64,000 bases of DNA from Phyllobates terribilis (taxonomy: Eukaryota), in the NCBI RefSeq assembly GCF_046119375.1, contig NW_027362767.1:155682001-155746000 (forward strand), in the 5' to 3' direction. The notes under the pieces were generated by a model. That model did not search any database. It saw only the letters and a program-made list of their open reading frames with translations, and was not told the DNA's origin. The position numbers were made by a program, and so were the translations under genes. This document shows positions 39,977-53,289 of the stretch, in pieces. Every line of letters begins with the position of its first letter. Within the stretch, counting starts at the first letter, position 1.

Positions 39977-40940
39977 ATGTCAGCATACTTAATTCTGCTC
40001 AATATTAAGTCATACAATTATTATTTTTTTTTTATTATTTTGTTAATATTCTTAATATTGAGCAGAATTAATTTCAGCCTATTGATTTACCTTCCACAAC
40101 AGTCATGGTTTCTCATGTGACCCCTCAAGGAAATTAATCTCCCACCGCTGCTCTACTATATATAGCGCTATGTTATGTATAGGGCTGTGTACATGATGGA
40201 AAAAAATTCCATCATTTTCCATCTACAGATGTGACCAAAGCATCTGTGTGTTAGTCACATGGCCTATCACATGATCTAGCAAAGGGGATCATGTGACAAG
40301 TCACGTGATACATCGGGTACCTGTGGGGGGTGCCCTGGCTACTCTTAATCCACCCCTGGCTATCTGTAATGGTGGAGCAGGCGCCCCACGCACCTGTGCT
40401 GTCTGGGCCTCGGCGCAGGAGACTTGGTGGTGACACCACTCGTGCCTGACTCACCTGACTACTCAGCACAGAGATCTGCTCATCATGGGCATGGGGCTAG
40501 GTTAGTATTTTTTTATCATCTATCAGAGGGTAGTACAGAGATCTCAAACTCGTCTGGGTATATGGGCCGCACATAGAAAACATTTTGATTTGACGGGCCA
40601 CCTTCTTTGCAGGATGAGATGATCTTTTTAGTGATAACATTTTTTTTCTATCCACCTTTTTGAGCATTTTTTTTTAAAAAAACATTTTTGGCATGTTATT
40701 TTAAATGGCATTAATTGTATGGGTTATGGTACAGTTTTATAGCTTGGGTCAATACGGATGCAGTGATATCAAATGTGCACTTTTTTGTTTATTTTGTACA
40801 TAAAACAGCATTTTAGTGGTAAAATATTTTTTCATACTTTATTTAAAAAAAAAATTTTGCCCACCCAATAGGCAAATATAATAAATATTCTCTTACAATT
40901 AGCACCTTATAGTAATTCTGGCCAACATCTTGTAGTTATG

Positions 40941-41975
40941 CCCCCATCCTGGTCTCCATATTGCAGTAACGTCCCCCATCCTGGTCTCCATATTGCAGTA
41001 ACGTCCCCCATCCTGGTCCCCATGTTGCAGTAACGTCCCCCATCCTGGTCCCCATGTTGCAGTAACGTCCCCCATCCTGGTCCCCATGTTGCAGTAACGT
41101 CCCCCATCCTGGTCCCCATGTTGCAGTAACGTCCCCCATCCTGGTCCCCATGTTGCAGTAACGTCCCCCATCCTGGTCCCCATGTTGCAGTAACGTCCCC
41201 CATCCTGGTCCCCATGTTGCAGTAACGTCCCCCATCCTGGTCCCCATGTTGCAGTAACGTCCCCCATCCTGGTCCCCATGTTGCAGTAACGTCCCCCACC
41301 CTGGTCCCCATGTTGCAGTAACGTCCCCCACCCTGGTCCCCATGTTGCAGTAACGTCCCCCCACCCTGGTCCCCATGTTGCAGTAACGTCCCCCCACCCT
41401 GGTCCCCATGTTGCAGTAACGTCCCCCACCCTGGTCCCCATGTTGCAGTAACGTCCCCCACCCTGGTCCCCATGTTGCAGTAACGTCCCCCCACCCTGGT
41501 CCCCATGTTGCAGTAACGTCCCCCACCCTGGTCCCCATGTTGCAGTAACGTCCCCCACCCTGGTCCCCATGTTGCAGTAACGTCCCCCACCCTGGTCTCC
41601 ATGTTGCAGTAACGTCCCCCACCCTGGTCCCCATGTTGCAGTAACGTCCCCCATCCTGGTCCGCATGTTGCAGTAACGTCCCCCATCCTGGTCCGCATGT
41701 TGCAGTAACGTCCCCCATCCTGGTCCGCATGTTGCAGTAACGTCCCCCATCCTGGTCTCCATGTTGCAGTAACGTCCCCCATCCTGGTCTCCATGTTGCA
41801 GTAACGTCCCCCATCCTGGTCTCCATGTTGCAGTAACGTCCCCCATCCTGGTCTCCATGTTGCAGTAACGTCCCCCATCCTGGTCTCCATGTTGCAGTAA
41901 CGTCCCCCATCCTGGTCTCCATGTTGCAGTAACGTCCCCCATCCTGGTCTCCATGTTGCAGTAATGTCCTCCATC
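40941..41975. repeat. 32-bp C-rich minisatellite (~32 copies)
   Basis: Unit ccccatcctggtccccatgttgcagtaacgtc. Confidence 0.97.
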
Positions 41976-42308
41976 ATGATCCCCTTTGCGCCGCTCTTCA
42001 CATTATACATTGAAGAAATCCTTCTCATCTGTCCTCCACCCCCTCAGTGAACTGCATCCTCTTCTTCATTCAAAAGCCGGGACAAAACATGGCAGTAACG
42101 TCTTACGCTGCCGGCACGCCGATGTCAGCTGCTGGCCTCTGATTGGCCAGTGGCTGCTATTGATATTGCAGCACAGAGACCTGGTCTCTGCGCTGCGATA
42201 CATTTCAAATGAATGCGTTTCCAAGGAGAGCGAAGAAGCACTGGCATCAGTGGCCCCTGGACCCTGGGCCACATAATCACGGGAACTCACGTGCCTATAT
42301 GCGGTGTA

Positions 42309-45300
42309 AGGGGCACTGTGGGGACTTCATTGTGCACGTGTGGAGGGGCACTGTGGGGACTTCATTGTGCGCGTGTGGAGGGGCACTGTGGGGACTTCAT
42401 TGTGTGCGGAGGGGCACTGTGGGGACTTCATTGTGTGCGGAGGGGCACTGTGGGGACTTCATTGTGTGCGGAGGGGCACTGTGGGGACTTCATTGTGTGC
42501 GGAGGGGCACTGTGGGGACTTCATTGTGTGCGGAGGGGCACTGTGGGGACTTCATTGTGTGCGGAGGGGCACTGTGGGGGCTTCATTGTGTGCGGAGGGG
42601 CACTGTGGGGGCTTCATTGTGTGCGGAGGGGCACTGTGGGGGCTTCATTGTGTGCGGAGGGGCACTGTGGGGGCTTCATTGTGTGCGGAGGGGCACTGTG
42701 GGGGCTTCATTGTGTGCGGAGGGGCACTGTGGGGGCTTCATTGTGTGCGGAGGGGCACTGTGGGGGCTTCATTGTGTGTGGAGGGGCACTGTGGGGACTT
42801 CATTGTGTGTGGAGGGGCACTGTGGGGACTTCATTGTGTGTGGAGGGGCACTGTGGGGAATTCTTTGTGTGTGGAGGGGCACTGTGGGGACTTCTTTGTG
42901 TGTGGAGGGGCACTGTGGGGACTTCATAGTGTGTGTGGAGGGGCACTGTGGGGACTTCTTTGTGTGTGGAGGGTCACTGTGGAGATTTCATTGTGTGTGT
43001 GTATGAGTATGTGTGTGTGTGTAAGGGCACTGTGGGGACTTCATTGTGTGTGGAGGGGCACCGTGGGGACTTCATTGTGTGTGTGGAGGGGCACCGTGGG
43101 GACTTCATTGTGTGTATGGAGGGGCACCGTGGGGACTTCATTGTGTGTATGGAGGGGCACCGTGGGGACTTCATTGTGTGTATGGAGGGGCACCGTGGGG
43201 ACTTCATTGTGTGTATGGAGGGGCACTGTGGGGACTTCATTGTGTGTATGGAGGGGCACTGTGGGGACTTCATTGTGTGTATGGAGGGGCACTGTGGGGA
43301 CTTCATTGTGTGTATGAAGGGGCACTGTGGGGACTTCATTGTGTGTATGAAGGGGCACTGTGGGGACTTCATTGTGTGTATGAAGGGGCACTGTGGGGAC
43401 TTCATTGTGTGTGTGGAGGGGCACTGTGGAGATTTCATTGTGTGTGTGTATGAGTATGTGTGTGTGTGTAAGGGCACTGTGGGGACTTCATTGTGTGTGG
43501 AGGGGCACTGTGGGGACTTCATTGTGGGTGGAGGGGCACTGTGGGGACTTCATTGTGGGTGGAGGGGCACTGTGGGGACTTCATTGTGTGCGGAGGGGCA
43601 CTGTGGGGACTTCATTGTGTGTGGAGGGGCACTGTGGGGAATTCTTTGTGTGTGGAGGGGCACTGTGGGGACTTCTTTGTGTGTGGAGGGGCACTGTGGG
43701 GACTTCATTGTGTGTGTGGAGGGGCACTGTGGGGACTTCATTGTGTGTGTGGAGGGGCACTGTGGAGATTTCATTGTGTGTGTGTATGAGTATGTGTGTG
43801 TGTGTAAGGGCACTGTGGGGACTTCATTGTGTGTGGAGGGGCACTGTGGGGACTTCATTGTGTGTGGAGGGGCACTGTGGGGACTTCATTGTGTGTGGAG
43901 GGGCACTGTGGGGACTTCATTGTGTGTGGAGGGGCACTGTGGGGACTTCATTGTGTGTGGAGGGGCATTGTGGGGACTTCATTGTGTGCGGAGGGGCACT
44001 GTGGGGACTTCATTGTGTGCGGAGGGGCACTGTGGGGACTTCATTGTGTGCGGAGGGGCACTGTGGGGACTTCATTGTGTGCGGAGGGGTACTGTGGGGA
44101 CTTCATTGTGTGCGGAGGGGCACTGTGGGGACTTCATTGTGTGTGTGGAGGGGCACTGTGGGGACTTTATTGTGTGTGTGGAGGGGCTCTGTGGGGACTT
44201 CATTGTGTGTGTGTGGAGGGGCACCGTGGGGACTTCATTGTGTGTGTGGAGGGGCACCGTGGGGACTTCATTGTGTGTGTGGAGGGGCACTGTGGGGACT
44301 TCTTTGTGTGTGGAGGGTCACTGTGGAGATTTCATTGTGTGTGTGTATGAGTATGTGTGTGTGTGTGTGTAAGGGCACTGTGGGGACTTCATTGTGTGTG
44401 TAAGGGCACTGTGGGGACTTCATTGTGTGTGGAGGGGCACTGTGGGGACTTCATTGTGTGTGGAGGGGCACTGTGGGGACTTCATTGTGTGTGGAGGGGC
44501 ACTGTGGGGACTTCATTGTGTGTGGAGGGGCACTGTGGGGAATTCTTTGTGTGTGGAGGGGCACTGTGGGGACTTCTTTGTGTGTGGAGGGGCACTGTGG
44601 GGACTTCATAGTGTGTGTGGAGGGGCACTGTGGGGACTTCTTTGTGTGTGGAGGGTCACTGTGGAGATTTCATTGTGTGTGTGTATGAGTATGTGTGTGT
44701 GTGTAAGGGCACTGTGGGGACTTCATTGTGTGTGGAGGGGCACTGTGGGGACTTCATTGTGTGTGGAGGGGCACTGTGGGGACTTCATTGTGTGTGGAGG
44801 GGCACTGTGGGGACTTCATTGTGTGTGGAGGGGCATTGTGGGGACTTCATTGTGTGCGGAGGGGCACTGTGGGGACTTCATTGTGTGCGGAGGGGCACTG
44901 TGGGGACTTCATTGTGTGCGGAGGGGCACTGTGGGGACTTCATTGTGTGCGGAGGGGCACTGTGGGGAATTCTTTGTGTGTGGAGGGGCACTGTGGGGAC
45001 TTCATAGTGTGTGTGGAGGGGCACTGTGGGGACTTTGTGTGTGGAGGGGCACTGTGGGGACTTCATAGTGTGTGTGGAGGGACACTGTGGGGACTTCATA
45101 GTGTGTGCGGAGGGGCACTGTGGGGACTTCTTTGTGTGTGCAGGGGCACTGTGGGGACTTCTTTGTGTGTGCAGGGGCACTGTGGGGACTTCATAGTGTG
45201 TGCGGAGGGGCACTGTGGGGACTTCATAGTGTGTGCGGAGGGGCACTGTGGGGACTTCTTTGTGTGCGGAGGGGCACTGTGGGGATTTCATAGTGTGTGC

Positions 45301-45547
45301 GGAGGGGCACTGTGGGGACTTCATAGTGTGTGCGGAGGGGCACTGTGGGGACTTCATAGTGTGTGCGGAGGGGCACTGTGGGACTTCTTTGTGTGCGGAG
45401 GGGCACTGTGGGGACTTCTTTGTGTGCGGAGGGGCACTGTGGGGACTTCTTTGTGTGCGGAGGGGCACTGTGGGGACTTCTTTGTGTGCGGAGGGGCACT
45501 GTGGGGACTTCATTGTGTGTGTGGAGGGGCACTGTGGGGACTTCATT
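42309..45547. repeat. ~31-bp G-rich minisatellite, 3.2 kb
   Basis: Unit ggaggggcactgtggggacttcattgtgtgt, with a variable GT tail and a recurring gagatttc..gtatgagtatgtg marker block. Confidence 0.97.
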
Positions 45548-46836
45548 GGAGCATCATGCTGTTTGGAAGGGCCTTGTGGGGTATTGTACTGCTTGGGGTC
45601 CATAAACATGATCTCAAACTGAGTGGGCTCATTTAAGGGCATTATTTCTGCGTGGGCACACAAAACTGACTGGGCAGAATTTAAGGGTGTGGCTTTTAAA
45701 AAAAAATAAAATAAAAAATCATTCCCTGTCTTCTGTCTTTCAGAGTCAGGAGGTATGGATGTCTTAACACTTTCAGGTCCTGTCTAGATTCAGATCTCAG
45801 CCTCATTTGTATGATTATCCATAGGGGGGGCCACTGTCCTTTTTAATGAAAGTCTTGTACTTCTAAAGACTGTTCATTCAGACCCCCGTCTTAAGAGTGT
45901 TCTACTTTCTCCGATCCCCCCCACCGCCTCCATCATCTGCTCGACCAAGAGGGCATACCAGGATAATCAGGCAGGGGCTGAGAGACCCTCACTTTTTCAA
46001 GTCTGACATTTTTATTTATTTATTTTAAAGCTGTGCAGGAAATTTTCCCGGCTCCATCCTAAAAGGGACAGATTGGAAGAGCGGTGCCAGGAGACATGAG
46101 AGGCAGACGACTGCCATCCCTGAGCCTTTGTTGTATCTCACACAAAGGTTCCCAAATGATCCGCCGTCCTTTTGTTCTAGGCCTTTTAATGTGCGTCCCT
46201 CTCCAGCCCTCTTACGGAATATATGCATTTTATCCTTCCCGGTATTGTCCCTGTTATTACATTCTCAAAGGGGGAGATGAATTGTGTCCAAGTTTCAAAA
46301 GCCTTGACTGATGGTGCCCAGCGCCGCCGGATCTTTCCGTGCCCAGTCGATGCCACCCTCCATCTTGTTAATTGCACCTTTTACCTTGATCTCCGTAATA
46401 ATACACCACCGTGGCTGCTTTAACTCCATAAAGCGCAAATAAAAACCCATAATGACCCCCTAATTAAAAGGATAGTAGGCGATGAAAGCCAAAATGTGGC
46501 CACGACTTCATCTTAAGGGCTCTATTAAGACAGAGCTGGATCTGCTCTAAACGAACCGACTAACATCTTTTTATTTTTAAAAAGGGGAAATTCTAGAAGA
46601 AACAATTCCTTAAAAATTACCCAAGTAGCCACCATTTTGCTGGATTATTTTGAGGGCTTGAAAAGGGGTTAACTAAAAATAAAAACAACAACCTATACTC
46701 ACCTGTTCTTTCGCCTCTTTCTTCACCTTCGCTCCCCGGCTCTCCATGCCGGTATTCTGTTCCTATGTTGCTCCATTTCGGCGATCACGTCATGATATTC
46801 TTTGCCCTCCCCACCCATCGCCCCACGTGACCTCAA

Positions 46837-47194
46837 GGGTATGTGCCCACGGTCCGGATTTGCTGCGGGTTTGATGCAGCGTCAAACCCGCAGTGTCCAG
46901 GTGTTACAGCATAATGGATGGATTTCTAGAAATCCCAGGTCCACTATGCGTCTCCGTGCTCCTGCGGATCACCCGCGGGAACTGACATGTGGCGCGTCTT
47001 TCCAGACCGCAGCATGTTAATTTCTTTTGTGGGTCCGCATGTGGGCTTTCCCCATAGAGGTTAGGTTTATGAGGAAAGTTCGCAGGTGAAAAAATAAAAT
47101 GGAGCCGCTCATTTGCATAAAATGAGCAGAAGCCGTCGGCGGCTCTTCTGCAACTTCAAACCCGCAGGCCTGGACGCATGGTGGGCACATACCC
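46837..47194. mobile_element. PIF/Harbinger-type MITE
   Basis: TIRs GGGTATGTGCCCAC / GTGGGCACATACCC; right flank TTA. Confidence 0.7.
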
Positions 47195-47251
47195 TTAGCG
47201 GTCAATCTGAGGCCTCAAGTTGGTCGTAGTGCCTTGATGGAGCACTGGAAG

Positions 47252-50200
47252 AACTCACCTGTGATGTCACCGTAGCAAATCAGACAAAAACTCACTTGTG
47301 ATGTCATCATAGCAAACAAACACAGACTGTCTTGTAATGTCGCCGTAAAACAACAGTTTGATACTCACTTGTGATGTCACCATAGCACAACAGACTGAAA
47401 CTCTCTTGTGATGTCATCGTAGCACAACAGACTGAAACTCTCTTGTGATGTCAACTTAGCACAACAGACTGAAACTCGCTTGTGATGTCATCGTAGAACA
47501 ACAGACTAAAACTCGCTTGTGATGTCACCATAGCAGAACAGATGGAAATGCACTTGTGATGTCAACTTAGCACAACAGACTAAAACTCGCTTGTGATGTC
47601 ATCGTAGAAAAACAGACTAGAACTCGCTTGTGATGTCATCATAGCAGAACAGATGGAAATGCACTTGTGATGTCAACTTAGCACAACAGACTAAAACTCG
47701 CTTGTGATGTCATCGTAGAACAGACTAAAACTCGCTTGTGATGTCATCGTAGAACAGACTAAAACTCGCTTGTGATGTCATCGTAGCACAACAGACTGAA
47801 ACTCTCTTGTGATGTCATCGTAGCACAACAGACTAAAACTCGCTTGTGATCTTGTGATGTCATCGTAGCACAACAGACTGAAACTCTCTTGTGATGTCAT
47901 CGTAGAACAACAGACTAAAACTCTCTTGTGATGTCATCGTAGCACAACAGACTAAAACTCGCTTGTGATCTTGTGATGTCATCGTAGCACAACAGACTAA
48001 AACTCGCTTGTGATGTCATCGTAGCACAGCAAACTAAAACTCGCTTGTGATGTCACCATAGCAGAACAGATGGAAATGCACTTGTGATGTCAACTTAGCA
48101 CAACAGACTAAAACTCGCTTGTGATATCATCGTAGAACAACAGTCTAAAACTCGCTTGTGATGTCATTGTAGCACAACAGACTGAAACTCGCTTGTGATG
48201 TCATCGTACCACAACAGACTAAAACTCGCTTGTGATCTTGTGATGTCATCGTAGCACAACAGACTAAAACTCGCTTGTGATATCATCGTAGAACAACAGA
48301 CTAAAACTCGCTTGTGATGTCATTGTAGCACAACAGACTGAAACTCGCTTGTGATGTCATCGTACCACAACAGACTAAAACTCGCTTGTGATCTTGTGAT
48401 GTCATCGTAGCACAACAGACTAAAACTCGCTTGTGATGTCATCGTAGAAAAACAGACTAGAACTCGCTTGTGATGTCATCATAGCAGAACAGATGGAAAT
48501 GCACTTGTGATGTCAACTTAGCACAACAGACTAAAACTCGCTTGTGATGTCATCGTAGCACAACAGACAAACTCTCTTGTGATGTCATCGTAGCACAACA
48601 GACTAAAACTCGCTTGTGATCTTGTGATGTCATCGTAGCACAACAGACTGAAACTCTCTTGTGATGTCATCGTAGAACAACAGACTAAAACTCTCTTGTG
48701 ATGTCATCGTAGCACAACAGACTAAAACTCGCTTGTGATCTTGTGATGTCATCGTAGCACAACAGACTAAAACTCGCTTGTGATGTCATCGTAGCACAGC
48801 AAACTAAAACTCGCTTGTGATGTCACCATAGCAGAACAGATGGAAATGCACTTGTGATGTCAACTTAGCACAACAGACTAAAACTCGCTTGTGATATCAT
48901 CGTAGAACAACAGACTAAAACTCGCTTGTGATGTCATTGTAGCACAACAGACTGAAACTCGCTTGTGATGTCATCGTACCACAACAGACTAAAACTCGCT
49001 TGTGATCTTGTGATGTCATCGTAGCACAACAGACTAAAACTCGCTTGTGATGTCATCGTAGAACAACAGACTAAAACTCGCTTGTGATGTCATTGTAGCA
49101 CAACAGACTAAAACTCGCTTGTGATGTCATTGTAGCACAACAGACTAAAACTCGCTTGTGATGTCATTGTAGCACAACAGACTAAAACTCGCTTGTGATG
49201 TCATCGTAGCACAACAAACTAAAACTCGCTTGTGATGTCACCATAGCAGAACAGATGGAAATGCACTTGTGATGTCAACTTAGCACAACAGACTAAAACT
49301 CGCTTGTGATGTCATCGTAGAACAACAGACTAAAACTCGCTTGTGATGTCATTGTTGCACAACAGACTGAAACTCTCTTGTGATGTCATCGTAGCACAAC
49401 AAACTAAAACTCGCTTGTGATGTCATCGTAGAACAGCAGACTAAAACTCGCTTGTGATGTCATCGTAGCACAACAAACTAAAACTCGCTTGTGATGTCAC
49501 CATAGCAGAACAGATGGAAATGCACTTGTGATGTCAACTTAGCACAACAGACTAAAACTCGCTTGTGATGTCATCGTAGAACAACAGACTAAAACTCGCT
49601 TGTGATGTCATTGTTGCACAACAGACTGAAACTCTCTTGTGATGTCATCGTAGCACAACAAACTAAAACTCGCTTGTGATGTCATCGTAGAACAGCAGAC
49701 TAAAACTCGCTTGTGATGTCATTGTAGCACAACAGACTGAAACTCGCTTGTGATGTCATCGTAGCACAACAGACTAAAACTCGCTTGTGATGTCATCGTA
49801 GCACAACAAACTAAAACTCGCTTGTGATGTCATCGTAGCACAACAAACTAAAACTTGCTTGTGATGTCATTGTAGCACAACAGACTGAAACTCGCTTGTG
49901 ATCTTGTGATGTCATCGTAGCACAACAGACTAAAACTCGCTTGTGATATCATCGTAGAACAACAGACTAAAACTCGCTTGTGATGTCATTGTAGCACAAC
50001 AGACTGAAACTCGCTTGTGATGTCATCGTACCACAACAGACTAAAACTCGCTTGTGATCTTGTGATGTCATCGTAGCACAACAGACTAAAACTCGCTTGT
50101 GATGTCATCGTAGAAAAACAGACTAGAACTCGCTTGTGATGTCATCATAGCAGAACAGATGGAAATGCACTTGTGATGTCAACTTAGCACAACAGACTAA

Positions 50201-52182
50201 AACTCGCTTGTGATGTCATCGTAGCACAACAGACAAACTCTCTTGTGATGTCATCGTAGCACAACAGACTAAAACTCGCTTGTGATCTTGTGATGTCATC
50301 GTAGCACAACAGACTGAAACTCTCTTGTGATGTCATCGTAGAACAACAGACTAAAACTCTCTTGTGATGTCATCGTAGCACAACAGACTAAAACTCGCTT
50401 GTGATCTTGTGATGTCATCGTAGCACAACAGACTAAAACTCGCTTGTGATGTCATCGTAGCACAGCAAACTAAAACTCGCTTGTGATGTCACCATAGCAG
50501 AACAGATGGAAATGCACTTGTGATGTCAACTTAGCACAACAGACTAAAACTCGCTTGTGATATCATCGTAGAACAACAGACTAAAACTCGCTTGTGATGT
50601 CATTGTAGCACAACAGACTGAAACTCGCTTGTGATGTCATCGTACCACAACAGACTAAAACTCGCTTGTGATCTTGTGATGTCATCGTAGCACAACAGAC
50701 TAAAACTCGCTTGTGATGTCATCGTAGAACAACAGACTAAAACTCGCTTGTGATGTCATTGTAGCACAACAGACTGAAACTCTCTTGTGATGTCATCGTA
50801 GAACAACAGACTAAAACTCTCTTGTGATGTCATCGTAGCACAACAGACTAAAACTCGCTTGTGATCTTGTGATGTCATCGTAGCACAACAGACTAAAACT
50901 CGCTTGTGATGTCATCGTAGCACAGCAAACTAAAACTCGCTTGTGATGTCACCATAGCAGAACAGATGGAAATGCACTTGTGATGTCAACTTAGCACAAC
51001 AGACTAAAACTCGCTTGTGATATCATCGTAGAACAACAGACTAAAACTCGCTTGTGATGTCATTGTAGCACAACAGACTGAAACTCGCTTGTGATGTCAT
51101 CGTACCACAACAGACTAAAACTCGCTTGTGATCTTGTGATGTCATCGTAGCACAACAGACTAAAACTCGCTTGTGATGTCATTGTAGCACAACAGACTAA
51201 AACTCGCTTGTGATGTCATTGTAGCACAACAGACTAAAACTCGCTTGTGATGTCATCGTAGCACAACAAACTAAAACTCGCTTGTGATGTCACCATAGCA
51301 GAACAGATGGAAATGCACTTGTGATGTCAACTTAGCACAACAGACTAAAACTCGCTTGTGATGTCATCGTAGAACAACAGACTAAAACTCGCTTGTGATG
51401 TCATTGTAGCACAACAAACTAAAACTCGCTTGTGATGTCACCATAGCAGAACAGATGGAAATGCACTTGTGATGTCAACTTAGCACAACAGACTAAAACT
51501 CGCTTGTGATGTCATCGTAGAACAACAGACTAAAACTCGCTTGTGATGTCATTGTAGCACAACAGACTGAAACTCTCTTGTGATGTCATCGTAGCACAAC
51601 AAACTAAAACTCGCTTGTGATGTCATCGTAGAACAGCAGACTAAAACTCGCTTGTGATGTCATTGTAGCACAACAGACTGAAACTCGCTTGTGATGTCAT
51701 TGTAGCACAACAGACTAAAACTCGCTTGTGATGTCATCGTAGCACAACAAACTAAAACTCGCTTGTGATGTCACCATAGCAGAACAGATGGAAATGCACT
51801 TGTGATGTCAACTTAGCACAACAGACTAAAACTCGCTTGTGATGTCATCGTAGAACAACAGACTAAAACTCGCTTGTGATGTCATTGTAGCACAACAGAC
51901 TGAAACTCTCTTGTGATGTCATCGTAGCACAACAAACTAAAACTCGCTTGTGATGTCATCGTAGAACAGCAGACTAAAACTCGCTTGTGATGTCATTGTA
52001 GCACAACAGACTGAAACTCGCTTGTGATGTCATCGTAGCACAACAGACTAAAACTCGCTTGTGATGTCATCGTAGCACAACAAACTAAAACTCGCTTGTG
52101 ATGTCATCGTAGCACAACAAACTAAAACTTGCTTGTGATGTCATCGTAGCACAACAGACTAAAACTCTCTTGTGATGTCACC
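47252..52182. repeat. 37-bp satellite, 4.9 kb (~130 copies; remnants continue at 53202-53290 and 59940-60070)
   Basis: Unit cttgtgatgtcatcgtagcacaacagactaaaactcg, with length variants (extra cttgtgat, short deletions). Confidence 0.97.
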
Positions 52183-53201
52183 TGTCTCGCCTGCAGGTGG
52201 CGCACCTTGTTCGTGGACCCACTGTGCCACGAGGCTGGGCTTACCTAGGAAAGGGTGTAGTTAAGCGGCTACATGGTGTTCACTGGAGCTTCTGATGGCG
52301 GAGTCAGGCTTGAGCTGCCTGGTACCACTCCTAGGCAGTCCCCGGTACTGCAGCTACTGACCCCAGGGGTTATGTACGCAGACACGGATAGGACTCGGTA
52401 ACAGGTTCAGGATCTTCTGCATAACGATTACTGACACGGAGTCTTAGACAGGGCTGGTATGGAGACTGGTTTTAGCAGTCCGACTATACGGAGAACACAG
52501 ATAGGCACACGTACAGACACAGGGGTCTCAGATATAGATTCAGGTACCGCCAGAGCTGTTTCAGGGTTCAGAACTGGCCACACAAGGACCAGGGACTACG
52601 GGTTCAGGCACTGGCCGCACAAGGACCAGGGACTACGGGTTCAGGCACTGGCCGCACAAGGACCAGGGACTACGGGTTCAGGACTGGCCGCACAAGGACC
52701 AGGGACTACGGGTTCAGGCACTGGCCGCACAAGGACCAGGGACTACGGGTTCAGGCACTGGCCGCACAAGGACCAGGGACTACGGGTTCAGGCACTGGCC
52801 GCACAAGGACCAGGGACTACGGGTTCAGGCACTGGCCGCACCAGGACCAGGGACTATGGGTTCAGGACTGGCCGCACCAGGACCAGGGACTACGGGTTCA
52901 GGACACTGGCCACACCAGGACCAGGGGACCTAACAACTCACTAGTTGTACCACTAACACACTAATGAAACACGCTGCTTTAGCACCTCCCTATTGGGGAG
53001 GGTGCCTTTTAAACAATATGCCTCCCAGCTATTGGCTGGCGGCATCTTAGCAGGTGCACGCGCTGCCCCTTTAAGAATAGGGGAGCGCGCGCACTAGACA
53101 CACTGCCGGAAGCGTTGCACAGGGGCAGGGAGAATGCCGAGGACATGCTGAGCGACAGGGAGTGTGTCGGCATCCCTTTATGGAGGGGGAAGTGTGTTAC
53201 A
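52183..53201 (-). mobile_element. Solo LTR, 1019 bp, inserted in the 37-bp satellite
   Basis: TGT...ACA termini; 5-bp TSD TCACC (52178-52182, 53202-53206); CCAAT plus TTTAAAA promoter motifs on the minus strand at ~53005-53035; internal 37/36-bp repeat at ~52575-52900. Confidence 0.88.
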
Positions 53202-53289
53202 TCACCATAGCACAACAGACTGAAACTCACTTGTGATGTCATCGTAGCACAACAGACTGAAACTCACTTGTGATGTCACCTTAACAACA

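Noticed and set aside
28859-40358. A single hAT element enclosing the 11-kb array (CAGGGCC start, CCCCTG end)
   Set aside because: The termini are not matching TIRs, and the flanking 8-mers (agactgta / gctatctg) differ.
40455-40496. Possible 42-nt minus-strand exon (AG|PHAHDEQISVLSSQ|GTGAGT)
   Set aside because: There is no polypyrimidine tract, no recognisable protein and no partner exons. RNA-seq would be needed.
40899-45663. Many 100-480-aa ORFs (and those at 27692-28494, 24497-25014, 7797-9784)
   Set aside because: They are translations of tandem repeats that cycle through frames with the unit period; there is no domain content or splice support.
46025-46445. Unique-looking stretch with short ORFs and AATAAA at ~46438
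   Set aside because: No frame resembles a protein I recognise (including SSR2). It could be a UTR or old TE, but is unsupported.
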